Source: Chiloscyllium plagiosum
Taxonomy: Eukaryota
Assembly: GCF_004010195.1 (NCBI RefSeq)
Contig: NC_057737.1
Coordinates: forward strand, 7,886,799 to 7,950,798
DNA length: 64,000 nt
Reading direction: 5' to 3'
The translations under genes and the position numbers were made by a program. A model generated the notes under the pieces. The model saw nothing but the letters and a program-made list of their open reading frames with translations. It was not told the origin of the DNA and made no database searches. Positions 23,882-35,963 of this stretch are shown one piece after another; position 1 is the stretch's first letter, and each line of letters opens with the position of its first letter.

Positions 23882-24154
23882 TTCTCTACTTTTCTTTGTA
23901 TTCTCATAAGTCATCATGTCTGCCATGCACCTTTGCCCAAATGTATGCTTTTCCCTTGCATTTGATGCTTTCCCTAACTACTTTAGTTAATCCTGCATGG
24001 GTTAGATTTTGACTGCTGTAAAGTATCTGTCACTCCTCTATTGAACTGTTTCATACTATAATATACTCCAGCTAGCTCAGCCTTCATACCCACACAGTTT
24101 CCCTTATTTAAAAAGGAAGTACTAGTTGTACTCCCGGTTTTCTCCCTTTTAAAC

Positions 24155-25340
24155 TCGATAGTCACAGGTGAGGTGCCGGAAGACTGGAGGTTGGCAAACA
24201 TGGTGGCCTATTTAAGAAGGGTGGTAATGACAAGCCAGGGAACTATAGGCCAGTGAGCCTGACGTCGGTGATGAGCAAATTGTTGGAGGGAATCCTGAGG
24301 GACAGGATTTACGCGTGTTTGGAAAGGCAAGGACTGATTAGGGATAGTCAACATGGCTTTGTGCGTGGGAAATCATGTCTCACAAACTTGATTGAGTTTT
24401 TTGAAGAAGTAACAAAGAAGATTGATGAGGGCAGAGCAGTAGATGTGATCTATATGGACTTCAGTAAGGCATTCGACAAGGTTCCCCATGGGAGACTGAT
24501 TAGCAAGGTTAGATCTCACGGAATACAGGGAGAACTAGCCATTTGGAAACAGAACTGGCTCAAAGGTAGAAGACAGAGGGTGGTGGGTTGTTTTTCAGAC
24601 TGGAGGCCTGTGACCAGNNNNNNNNNNNNNNNNNNNNNNNNNNNNNNNNNNNNNNNNNNNNNNNNNNNNNNNNNNNNNNNNNNNNNNNNNNNNNNNNNNN
24701 NNNNNNNNNNNNNNNNNNNNNNNNNNNNNNNNNNNNNNNNNNNNNNNNNNNNNNNNNNNNNNNNNNNNNNNNNNNNNNNNNNNNNNNNNNNNNNNNNNNN
24801 NCTTTCCTTTATTGGTCAGAGTATTGAGTACAGGAGTTGGAAGGTCATGTTGCGACTGTACAGGACATTGGTTAGGCCACTGTTGGAATATTGTGTGCAC
24901 TTTTGGTCTCCTTCCTATCGGAAAGATGTTGTGAAACTTGAAAGGGTTCAGAAAAGATTTACAAGCATGTTGCCAGGGTTGGAGGATCTGAGTTACAGGG
25001 AGAGGCTGAACAGGCTGGAGCAGTTTTCCCTGGAGCGTCAGAGGTTTACAAAATTATGAGGGGCATGGATAGAGGGGAAAGATATAAAAGAGACCTAAAG
25101 GGCAATTTTTTCACGCAGAGGGTGGTATGTGTTTGGAATGAGCTGCCAGAGGATGTGGTGGAGGCTGGTACAACTGCAACATTTAAGAGGCATTTGAATG
25201 GGTATATGAATAGGAAGGGTTTGGAGGGATATGGGCCAGCTGCTGGCAGGTGGGACTAGATTGGGTTGGGATATCTGATCGGCATGGACGGGTTGGAACG
25301 AAGGGTCTGTTTCCATGCTATACATTTCTACGACTCTATG
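24155..25340 (+). mobile_element. Young CR1-clade LINE RT region and 3' end (spans the assembly gap)
   Basis: ORF GNYRPVSLTSV..KLLE...SQHGFVRGKSCLTNLIEFF...IYMDFSKAFDKVPH. Confidence 0.95.
24618..24801. other. Assembly gap (184 N)
   Basis: Run of N inside the CR1 element. Confidence 1.
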
Positions 25341-25546
25341 TAAAATTCAATCACATTATGATGGCTTCTACCTAGAGGTGCCTTTATTCTGAGGTCATGA
25401 ATTAACCCTGTCACATTACACAATACCAAGTCGAGTACAAGCCTGCTCTCTGGCCATTTTCAGAATATACAGTTTGAAGATACTGAAACCCCTTATCGAG
25501 GTTGTTATCGCCAACATGATGTTTTTTTCAGCTGTAATTGTTTGTA

Positions 25547-25730
25547 CAGGGAGTCCCTGGTTTACAAATGCTCGTACTTATGAACTGATCCCATCCACAA
25601 TTGTAACTTTCAAGACCCAAGCATACTAACATTTCCTGTACTCACAATTGGCTGCTTTACGGTGTCTTGCATTGTGTTCTGACAAACCAACTTCTGAACG
25701 GATTCTCGACTGGAACCCGGGGACTGCCTG
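25547..25730. mobile_element. Tigger/pogo-like (Tc1-mariner superfamily) MITE
   Basis: TA-flanked terminal inverted repeats: CAGGGAGTCCCTGGTTT on the left, and CAGGCAGTCCCCGGGTT as the reverse complement of the right end. Confidence 0.75.
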
Positions 25731-26452
25731 TACATTAAAATCCCTGTAGTTATTGCTGTCCCTTTATCACAAGCTCCTCGTATACCCCTCCCTTCGTCAG
25801 GTACCGTTCACTTACTGCAGATCACACCAACCAATGATTTATTTCCCCTATAGTTGTTCTTCAAAACCCCACAGTCTCTTCATTCTGATCTCCTCAGCTA
25901 ATTATTCCACCAGGATGACCTTTGCTTGGAGTGCCACCCTCTGCCTTTACCAAACTTCCTATACTTTTTGAATGGAATGTACCCTTCAATATCCAGATCC
26001 CAAACTTGTTATTCTGAAACTGTGTCTTTGTGATTGCTATCAGATATTCATTCACTTCAATGAGCAACATAAATGTGTACTTTTGCTTTATGCCATTTGT
26101 AATGTTTGCAGCAAGTGGTGTTGACTGATGGGTTTTTTTTGTTGAACGACCCTTTTCGTCCCTTAATTTTCCACCTAAAATATTTTGTTGTCCTGCCTCA
26201 GCTGTCTCCCTTTCATTGCATGTACGTCAGTCCATCACCTAACCCAACTCGCTTACCTTTAAAGCCCTCTCTGCTTCCCTGGTGTTGGGGCTTGCAAGAG
26301 CACCGGTCCCTGAATGGTTCAGCTGGTGACTGTCCCAGTGGTACACATTTTTTTTCTCTCAAAACTGCTGCCAGTATCCCACGAACCGCAGCTCAGTTCC
26401 CAAATAGTCTTTGAGCCGTACATTCACTTTGCTAGCTTTATTATTCACTGTG

Positions 26453-26604
26453 GAGAAAGTGAGGTCTGCAGATGCTGGAGATCAGAGATGGAAATGTGTT
26501 GCTGGAAAAGCGCAGCAGGTCAGGCAGCATCTAGGGAACAGGAGAATCGACGTTTCGGGCATTAGCCCTTCTTCAGGAATGAATTCCAGCAACACATTTC
26601 CATC
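26453..26604 (-). mobile_element. 152-bp fold-back Penelope-type insertion with an intact hammerhead-like core
   Basis: 15-bp TSD TTATTATTCACTGTG at 26438-26452 and 26605-26619. Internal inverted repeat AGATGGAAATGTGTTGCTGGAA / TTCCAGCAACACATTTCCATCT. Confidence 0.88.
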
Positions 26605-27068
26605 TTATTATTCACTGTGTGCCAGCGTGGTTCAGATAGTAACCCAGAGATGATTACTTTGCTGAGGTTCTATTTTGTAATTAGCACCTAACTTCACTGC
26701 AGACTTTTGTCCCCCCCATGTCGTTGGTGCCGACATGGACCGTGACTGCTGGATCTATATTAATGTGAGTTGTTGTTGTTGAAGCAGCATTGACTTGTAT
26801 AAAGTGTCTCTCTCTCTCCCTCTCTCTACACTCCATCCCTCTCCCACTCTGTAACATGTTCTAAATATAGCCCAGCTTAGTCAAGTCATGCAGGGAGCTG
26901 GAAACAGTGCGACTGGGAAGTCTTTTTCCTGCAGGTTACCACAATTAAAATGCTTTTAAATTGATTTGAGGAGCTGTGATGTTGCTCCATTTATGGCCAT
27001 CAACTGGATGAAAGTCTGTTGATAAAAACTGCTGGAGTCTCATTTTCTCCTAATGTTTTATTTTGCAG

Positions 27069-27115
27069 TGGAAGAACTGAAGCAAAAGGCCCTGCAGAGA
27101 TATGAACAAACCAGG
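27069..27115 (+). CDS. NLE1: NLE1 coding exon 8 (LEELKQKALQRYEQTR)
   Basis: TTTGCAG acceptor, AGG|GTGAGG donor. Matches the L.ELK..AL.RY helix (47 nt). Confidence 0.92.
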
Positions 27116-28123
27116 GTGAGGAAACAAAATAGGAAAAAAAAATCAAAGCTATTGATTTCTAAGATCTGCTGCAGGTGACCTGACATTTAATTGACAATTA
27201 ATAAGTTCTGCACATGGATTTCTTGAATGGATAAATGAAAGACATTGGATGAAACCTTGTGAAGAAGATTGCTAATTAGCTGGGGGGTGGTGATGTGTGG
27301 GCTTAAGGGGAGTTGGTCCTGTTTAGTGCAATGTGATTTGTGTTTCCTAGAGATCTGCACTGAATCTCAGAATTATTTCGGCTTGGAAGGAGGCCGTTTG
27401 GCCCATCATACCTGCACCAGTCCTGTTATCTTGTGGCATTTTACTGCCAGTTCCCAATATCCCTGTGCACACTGGCCTTCGGCCATCACCAGATACCTCC
27501 GTGTGCAGTTTATGTGCAACTGGTGGCAATGCCCAGGTGTTTGCTGCTTATGAGGGGTACGGAAGCAGAGATCATCAATGACTTCAAAAGGAAATTGGAT
27601 GGGTGATTGAGGGATATGAACTTGCAGGAATAGAGTGGTGGAAGGGGGCTGACTGGATTGCTCTAGAGTGCTGGCCTGGACACGATGGACTGAACTGTCT
27701 CCTTTTGTGCAATAATAACCCTAAATCATCAATAGTTAGGATGAAGGGGCAGAGAGTTGTACGTCCAAGGTTACCAATGGCACTGAGTGCAGCAGCACGC
27801 TGAGTGCTTTCAAAATGTTGCAGAGACAGACTGAGTAAATGAGCAGGCAATGTGTGGCTTGTGGAAAAGTGTATGGGGTCTTTTGAGAAAAGAAAATAAA
27901 AATTCAGGACGTTATATTAATTAAGAGGGATGAAGAGATTTGTGTGTCCAAGTACATGAAATGCCCAAAAGCCCAGTGTAATACCCAGCAGGGGCAAAGC
28001 ACATGGCACAAAAGGCTCAAGCCATGGTGGGAATGTGAAGAATCTATATTGGAGCAGACTTTTTTATTCACGTCTCTGTCGACAAATGGTCTTAACGTCC
28101 TCTCCTTTTCGTTATCTCTTTAG

Positions 28124-28326
28124 GGTCAGGAGCAGGAGAGGCTGGTTTCGGGCTCGGACGACTTCACACTTTTCCTCTGGACTCCCGCAGAGTCTAAAAA
28201 GCCCGTGGCACGATTGACGGGCCATCAGGCTCTGATCAATGAAGTCTGTTTCTCCCCTGACACTCGGCTCATTGCCAGTGCATCGTTTGACAAATCAGTG
28301 AAGTTATGGGACAGCAGGACCGGCAA
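28124..28326 (+). CDS. NLE1: NLE1 coding exon 9 (GQEQERLVSGSDDFTLFLW...GHQALINEVCFSPDTRLIASASFDKSVKLWDSRTGK)
   Basis: CTTTAG acceptor, AA|GTAAGA donor, ERLVSGSDDFTLFLW signature (203 nt). Confidence 0.96.
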
Positions 28327-28544
28327 GTAAGATCCCTAAGCTGTTGCCCTTGCAAGACAGGACGTGCATTTCACAATCTCTGATCGTTTGGCTAAGTAGT
28401 TTTCAAAGTTGTAATGTAGGAAGTGCGACCACCAAATTGCAAATAGTGCTGGATCGTCACTAGATAATCTTTTTCTGTAGTGTTCATTGAGGGATTAATA
28501 TTGTTGGGGATATGGCACAATGAATGCTGCTCTTTTTCAAAATG

Positions 28545-28812
28545 ATTACATTCCCTACAGTGTGGAAACAGGCCGTTCAGTCCAATCAGTCCACACCGAC
28601 CCTCTGAAGAGCAACCCACCCATACCCATTACCCTCTGACTATTTCACCTAACACTATGGGCAATTTAGCATGGCCAATTCACCTGACCTGCACATCTTT
28701 GGATTGTGGGAGGAACCCGGAGGAAACCCACGCAGACACGGGAGGATGTGCAAAATCCACACAGACAGTCGCCCGAGGCTGGAGTCGAACTCGTGTACCT
28801 GGTGGTGTGAGG
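28545..28812 (-). mobile_element. HE1-like V-SINE
   Basis: Same V-domain and tail as 10581-10909. Confidence 0.85.
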
Positions 28813-29194
28813 CATCCTGCCCAAAATAGACCGTGGGGTCTTGTATGTCCAGCAGAGATGTTCCAGTTGTGGCCTCAGTTTAACGTTCATTTGAAAGATA
28901 GCTCCTCCAACAGTTCGGCACTTCCTTCAGCAGGGCACCCAGCATGTCAGCCTGTCAGAGCTCAAAGCTTTGTTTAAAAAACAAAGATGAACGGATGCAG
29001 TGGGGCTTAAACCCCAGGCCAGCGAGACCCACTGAACTGAGCTGACATTTTATATGCGGTTTGGAATTGGAAATGAGAAATCGCCACCTACTGGCAGTGA
29101 CTGCTCTGCAGGAGGTTGTCACTGAAGTGCAGAACAAGATTAACATTTCAGGCAGATGTTTACAGGTCCTTAACCAGCGTCACTCTATCATTAG

Positions 29195-29422
29195 AATCAT
29201 AGAATCCCTACAGTATGGATGCAGTCCATTCGGCCCATCAACTCCATGCCTCTGAAGAGCATCCCACCTCTTTACCCTATCCCTATGACTCTGCATTTCC
29301 CATGGCTAACCCACCTGGCCTGCACGTTCCTGTACACCATGATCAATTTAGCATGGCCAATCCGCCTAACCTGCACATTCATGGATGCTATGGGCAATTT
29401 AGCATGGCCAATCCACCTAATT
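29195..29422 (-). mobile_element. HE1-like SINE 3' part with an internal duplication
   Basis: CAATTTAGCATGGCCAATCC occurs twice. Confidence 0.75.
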
Positions 29423-30943
29423 TTAATTGATCATTATCGTATTGCTGCTGTTCATGGAAGCTTGCTGTGTGCATATTGGCTTCCTGCATTACAACTGTGA
29501 CTAAACATCTATCATAGCTCATAGTAAAGTGCTTTGAGACATCCTGAGGGTGTGTGAAAGGTGCTACAAACAGTAATTTCTGTTTGCTGTGGGAAATCCC
29601 GACTAAATGATTTGCAAGGAAGCAAGAGCTCAGGGTTGAATTGGGTGAGTTGGATTGGCACTTCTTCCGTTCATCTTTGTTTTTTAAACAATATATTCTC
29701 ATGTGGAACATGCAGGTCATTGGCCAGCATTTATTGTCTGTTTCTAATTGCCCTTTGAGCAACTTGCTTGGCCATTTCAGAAGGCAGTTAAAGGTCTGGA
29801 GTCCCACATAGGCCAGACTAGATCAAGACAGTTGGTTTCCTTCCCTCAATGAATTTAATGCACCAGATGGGCTTTCAGGACAATAAATGGTAGTTATCAT
29901 AGTCCCCAGCAGTAGGATATTTTATATTCCAGATTTTATTTACTGAATTTAATATAAGCTCTCAGCTTGGGTTTTGAACCCAAGTTCCCCGGAGGATTGG
30001 ACTAGTCAATTACAATACCATTATGCCACCATCTCTTCTTGTTTCAAATCCAGATGAATAAGCAATATCCACTTACATGGTGTGATTAAGGCAAACTGAC
30101 CTTTCTGAGACCACACTTACTGTCCTGATCCGAAATGTTGATTTTCCAGCTCCGATGCCACATGACATGCCCTTTCCAGCCCATTTTTTTTTACCAACAC
30201 TGACTTCCAGCACTTGTAGTCCTTCCTTTCTCCACCTTACTGTCTGTAAGCCTGAGACTGCTCTTCTCTCCTCACAGACATAGCCCGAGAGGCTGTGGTG
30301 AGAGTGACTGGTAATTCACTGTGGGGAGCAGTGCTGGATTACTGAGATAGAAGGGCAGGACTAAGAAACTTCTTTTGTGTTTAGCTGAACAACTTTTCTG
30401 TGTTTCTCTTGTTTTGTCTTCCTCTGCGTCCTTTATGTTTATAGTTTTCATCATTGTGTTTACATCGTCCCACCGACCAGAGTCTCCAACAACCGGCTCC
30501 ACTCGGAGCAATGCCACTATGGTACAAAATACTGATATTGTCAGTTCAAAGTGTTTGTAAAAAAAACTGTTAGATTGAGGTTACCCTTCGTAGAAAGGGT
30601 CAAATGTGGATAAGCTCCAAGTCTCGTGAGCTTCCAAACTCCCTTTCCAAATCTCATCCCCTCTTCCCCTTCTCCTTCAATATATCTACTATTTCTTAAA
30701 TCTGTCTCTTTGACCAGACATTTGACTGCCCTTTGTGATATCTCTCTCTATGACTCGATGGTGAATTTTATTTGATACTTGCACTTGTGCAAAGTCTTAG
30801 AAAGTTTGTTGACGTCAAAGACGTGAATAAATGCCAGTTTTGATTGTTGTTGACTGGAATGCGGTTAGGTAATAATTCAGTTATCCGGACGTACACTTTT
30901 CCTCTTTTAAGCTGAGTGATCCAAATCTTCTGTTTGTTCCTAG

Positions 30944-31103
30944 ATATCTGGCATCTCTCCGAGGTCACGTGTCAGCCGTGTATCAGATCGCGTGGTCAGC
31001 GGACAGTCGACTGTTGGCAAGCGGCAGTAGTGACAGCACATTGAAGGTGTGGGACGTGAAAACACGCAAGTTGTCTGTGGACCTTCCTGGCCATGCAGAT
31101 GAG
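30944..31103 (+). CDS. NLE1: NLE1 coding exon 10 (YLASLRGHVSAVYQIAWSADSRLLASGSSDSTLKVWD...DLPGHADE)
   Basis: TCCTAG acceptor, GAG|GTAATA donor (160 nt). Confidence 0.96.
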
Positions 31104-31594
31104 GTAATATCTCCTCTAGTGTCTTCCCTGAGCCAGCAATGTGGATCGCCGAGGATGCACGGACTGGGGGGGAAAGCAGTTTACCTAAAGTCTTTTCTGT
31201 TGGCAAAAAAGACGTCGGAAGAAATTTGTTGAGTTTCAAAATTGGGATAGATGCAGACTATCAGGCCCAATGAACTATTGAGTTAACTCCAACCATCCAT
31301 ATCACTCGTAGTTTTATCACACCAATGGAGGCTATTTGGCCTAACAGGTCTGTGGTATAATGGAAAATAAGAATGATGATGAACTGATGATGTTACTCTG
31401 ACATCAGTAAAGCAGTTAGGATGAAGAGAAGCAGGCATGAGATGATTCAAAAAAAGTATATGAAGAGAGAGCTCATAGATGTTACACTAGAGATCTGTCT
31501 TCACCAACCTGCACAGATGTAGATAGTGTCACAGTACCAAAGGAGCAGAAGAGCCCAGGATTAGGAGCCAGCAGCTTCTCAGAATGCACGTAGA

Positions 31595-31920
31595 TACATG
31601 TATATAAAATCATGAGGGGTATAGATAAGGTGAATGGCAGGTGTCTTTTCCCTAGGGGGAATTTCAAGACTAGGAAGCATAATTTTAAGATGAGAGGAGA
31701 AGTATTTTAAAAAGACATAAAAACATTTTTTTTTTACATGGTGGGTCATGTGTGCAATGAGCTTCCAGAGGAAGTGGTGGATGTGGGTACAGTTATAACA
31801 TTTAAAAGATGTTTAGAAAGTACATGAATAAGAAATGTTTGGAGGGGTATGGGCCAAGTGCAGGCAAATGTAACTAATTTAGTTTGGAGTTAGGGCCTAT
31901 TTCCAAGCTGTATGACTGTA
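31595..31920 (+). mobile_element. CR1-clade LINE 3' end
   Basis: Same family as 8205-8590. Confidence 0.82.
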
Positions 31921-32794
31921 TACCCACAAGCCAGAGATATGCAGGTAGCAGTATTAGCCTAAAATATAGGTTCCAGACTGCTTTATTCAATGTTTATGTT
32001 CGAACATTCACCTGTGTTTCTTAGTTTCATCCTAGCATACTGTTCCCTTCCACTTATCCAGCTACCCTTTAAAAGCATCTATTGCATAATATGCAATTCT
32101 CTCAAATACCCACTTGGCCACTTTGAGTAAAAGTCTCTTATTGAACTCCCTTCTGTTCCATTCTGCCTTTTGCACATCTCCAGTTATACATGTGCTAAGA
32201 CCAGTGGCAATGCCATTACTGCATCTTTGACATTTCTGTGAGATGCTCATTAAAGCCATGTTTTGTATCATTTGTCCTGATAACTCCTCACATGGCCTGG
32301 CCTCTGATTTTGTTCAGTGATTAATCCTGCACCTTCCAATTCTAAAGACATGATTGGAACCTCATCCACATTCACTCTATCCACTATGAGCTACAGTGAC
32401 AGTGGTGTTTACCATCTACTGTAACAACTCGCCAAGCATCCTCCAACAGCGCCCTCTAACCCAGTGACCTGTACAAACCCGAAGGATCAACTCAGCAGAT
32501 ACTTGCCGGAACACGAGTATCTGCAAGTTCCCCTCCATGCCGCCCTGACTTGGAAATATTTTCTTTCCTTTAGGGTCACTGAATGAAAATCCTGAGAAAG
32601 CTGTCGCAGATAGAGCTTTCCTGTTCCCAATCCCATGGACTACAGCGGTTCAAGTAGGCAGCTCACCACCACCACCTCCAGAGTGTTTAAGTTTGAGTAA
32701 TAAATACAGGCCCAGCTAGCAAACCATAGAAATGATACAGCACAAAAGTGGGCATTCAGTCCAGCTTGTCCATGCTGACACAAAGACACCCAGA

Positions 32795-32968
32795 TTGGAT
32801 TAGATTAGATTATTTACAGTGTGGAAACAGGCCCTTCGGCCTATCAAGTCCACACCGACCCGCCAAAGCGCAACCCACCCAGACCCATTCCCCTACATTT
32901 ACCCCTTCACCTAATCCTACGGGCAATTTAGCATGGCCAATTCACCTAACCTGCACATTTTTGGACTG
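32795..32968 (-). mobile_element. 5'-truncated young HE1-like SINE
   Basis: (GATTA)n tail followed by CAGTGTGGAAACAGGCCCTTCGGCC... Confidence 0.85.
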
Positions 32969-33556
32969 CCCTTTCTAATCCCATCATCCTGCACATGGCC
33001 CTTAGCTCTTACATTCTATGAGCAGATAATGACGAGCATAAATGCAACCTTTTACTACTTTTGAAATGATCACATGACTTTTAAACGTGTCTTGATGACC
33101 CTTTTTGACAACGGAATCTGAATTCACACCTGTGTTGAAAGTCACCCCCTTGCACCCTCCGGTGAAATATTTTAAAGTGCTTTGACCTGAGGCCTTTGAC
33201 ACAATCAGCTCAGAAATGATCACTAAACCATTATACTTAGAGAGAAAGATCATCAAATGTTCAATCAGAAACTGTTTAGCCTTAGAATAATACCTGAGCT
33301 CTCAGATGCTTCAATCTTTGAGTGAATTACATCATGTGTAGTTTTCCAAGGAACAGCCTAACAGTAATCTATCAGTTTACCATTGACTGTATCTGAGAAA
33401 TATTACAGATGTATTTCCAGGGATTCCTTCAGTCCATTCAGTGCCAGTTTGATGCATGCTAAAGCTGGACCAAATGCTGCCATTTGGCTGATGGTTAGAA
33501 GGCTGTGACTTTGTGATAAATGTTTTTCAGAAAATGTTTCTGCTCTGTACTTCCAG

Positions 33557-33627
33557 GTTTTTGCTGTCGATTGGAGTCCTGATGGGCAAAGAGTCGCGAG
33601 TGGCGGAAAAGACAAAGTGCTGAGAAT
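33557..33627 (+). CDS. NLE1: NLE1 coding exon 11 (VFAVDWSPDGQRVASGGKDKVLR)
   Basis: TTCCAG acceptor, AT|GTAAGT donor (71 nt). Confidence 0.95.
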
Positions 33628-34249
33628 GTAAGTAGGGAACGGAGATATAATTGGTCCGTTGGATGTTTGAGGGATTGAGAAAGGTGGACGGGCAAGACCC
33701 CCTGCTAAACTTTCTCCAAAATGTTCAAAATTACTTTATTTAGCTTGGCAAATGAATCGATACTTATTGATATTTTTCGCAAAATCTCCTTATCCTCAGC
33801 AATAAGTAAAAGAGCTGAATGTTTTTTTGAAGTAATGATTAAATGTAAAAAAAAAACTCAGAAAATCCTGTAAACGGATCAGAGAGCTTCAAAATCAGTT
33901 TGGAAGGCCTGAATGTCTGTCTCCCACCCTCTCCCATCCAAACACCTTGTTTGACCAATGAGTTAACATGACAACACAGTTCCACTTTTCTTCTAAGTAT
34001 ATAAAAAAACCATTCCATTTTCTGCAACAAAGCATTTTCCATTTACATTTCAGTAAAATATTTGTTGTCCTCACAGTTGAGAGATCAGTGTGGGATTAGG
34101 GTTTTGATCCAAGGAATGGAGCTAGGAACTCATTGCAATGTTTTGGATTTCCAGTGCCATCTGTCATAGAATAGTAGATATTTCCTCGTCCTGATGAATA
34201 TTGCTAAGTAGTTTGGGGAGATCAGTGACTATCCTTTCCTTTATTATTG

Positions 34250-34690
34250 AAGCTGGATGTTGCTGCCTATCTCAAATTGTCCTGGAGAAGGTGGTGTTGA
34301 GCTTCCTCCTTAACCATCTTCAGTCAGTGGAGAATAGGCCCATCCACAGTGCTGTTAGGAAGGGAGGTCCATGATTTTAACCTAGTGACAGTGGAGGGGC
34401 GGTAATGTATTTCCAACTCTCAATGGTGTGTGCTTTGGAGGGGAACTTGTAGATGGGGAGGTTTTTGTGTATCTGTTGCTCTAGTTCTTCTAGTTGGTAG
34501 AGATCACGGCTTTGGAAAGTGTTGTCAAAGGAGCCTTTGGTGAGTTGCTGACAGAGTGTTTTGTTGGTAGCACTCACTGCTATTCTTGGCAACAATTGAC
34601 AGAGAGTGTGAATGTTGAAGATGGTGGCTGGATGCCAATCAAGCAGATACCAGGTCCTGGATGGTGTGGAGTTTCTTGACTATTATTGGA
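34250..34690 (-). mobile_element. Old LINE (CR1/L2-type) 3' fragment; related pieces at ~7325-7600, 32390-32720 and 37940-38410
   Basis: Shared GAGAAGGTGGTG.TGAGC and TATTTCCA.GTCAG.ATGGTG.GTG.CTTGGAGGGGAA.TTG blocks. Clade and orientation are inferred. Confidence 0.55.
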
Positions 34691-34888
34691 GGTACATATC
34701 AATAACTGCCTTTAGGTTTGCACTTGCAGATAACCCTTCGGGTGCAGTTCATCGACCTTGGCTGTTGGTTGGCTAACATCCTGAGGCACCAGGAGAGCTA
34801 AACCCTAGAGGGTACTCAAATTGTATGTTTATATATATATTGTACTACAGATCTTGCATTGAGCATCTTTTCATGTCTTGTCTTACAG

Positions 34889-34901
34889 CTGGAGGTGGTG
34901 A
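34889..34901 (+). CDS. NLE1: NLE1 last coding exon (I-WRW-stop), followed by 3' UTR
   Basis: TCTTACAG|C TGG AGG TGG TGA completes ...LRIWRW*, comparable to the LRIWRR end of vertebrate NLE1. Total CDS is 1431 nt. Confidence 0.82.
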
Positions 34902-35313
34902 TTGTGTGGAATATTTTGAAGAAATCATGTTTGTTTTTCTCCCCTGGAATGCACCTTTGCAAAACCATCTCCAGTGAAACTTCCTTCGCCACTGAAAATG
35001 TACGTTGTTCAGCCAAGGATTGGAGGTCACTGATCCACAATGACTTTTTTAATTGTATTGGACTCTGTGGGTTTTATCAGTTTTCCTGGGAGTCCCAATT
35101 CCACAGTTTTATATGTTCCTTCGCTCTTTCTCCTCCCAGGACACCCTGGATCAGTGGCCTTATTTGTTATGTGTGGTGTATCTTAATAGCCTTGCCATGT
35201 GGGAGCCCCATTATCTCATGTGGGAATCAGCTGGGTACCTCTGTGAAGATGTGAGGGAGCAAATAGAAAAACAGAGCTCACATATTGATGGTTTATCAGT
35301 CTTTCAGCATTTT

Positions 35314-35319
35314 AATAAA
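35314..35319 (+). terminator. Candidate NLE1 polyadenylation signal AATAAA
   Basis: First canonical AATAAA seen after the stop codon, about 410 nt downstream. Confidence 0.55.
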
Positions 35320-35617
35320 CATCATTGTAACAAAGAGAAGATACACACTTCTCCTTGTGATTAAATCAACATTGACCAGAAATGCACAAGAATCTCTAAC
35401 TGCGGAGTTCCTCATCTCCATCATAGCTTCCTGCCTTTGAAAAAAAAATTCCCTGTGGTGTACAATAACAACCTGTATTTGTGTAGCCTCTTTGAACATG
35501 GTTAAGAACTTCTGAAAATCAAACTTGCCCAACGAAATCTAATTACTATTTCCAATTGTGGGGCCAACCAAAACTCTGGGCCGGTAATGTAAGATACTCG
35601 CTCCGCACAGTGCCACA

Positions 35618-35963
35618 GGGCGGCATGGTGGCTCAGTGGTTAGCACTGCTGCCTCACAATGCCAGGAACCCGGGTTCGATTCCCACCTCTGGTGACCGTC
35701 TGTGTGGAGTTTGCACATTCTCCCCGTGTCAGTGTGAGTTTCGTCTGTGTGCTCCAGTTTCCTCCCACAATCCAAAGATGTGCAGGTTAGGTGAATTGGC
35801 CATGCTAAATTGCCCATAGTGTTCAGAGCTGTGTAGGTGAGGTGCATTAGACAAATATAGAGTAGGGGAATGGGATTGGGTGGGTTAGTCTTCACAGGGT
35901 TGGTGTGGACTTGATGGGCCAAAGGGCCTTTTTCCACACAGTAGGGATTCTCATTCTAATTCT
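35618..35963 (+). mobile_element. HE1-like V-SINE
   Basis: GGGCGGCATGGTGGCTCAGTGGTTAGCACTGC head and V-domain. Confidence 0.9.

Noticed and set aside
24253-25059. 268-aa ORF, the longest in the track
   Set aside because: CR1 reverse-transcriptase fragment read through an N gap, not a host gene.
31360-31590. TGATGA-rich, purine-rich stretch that looks coding or snoRNA-like
   Set aside because: Stops in all plus frames, no splice context and no terminal stem.
33088-33193. Possible C/D box snoRNA (TTGATGA...CTGA) in an NLE1 intron
   Set aside because: Imperfect C box, weak terminal stem and no rRNA guide I could recognise. A snoscan/Infernal run would be needed.
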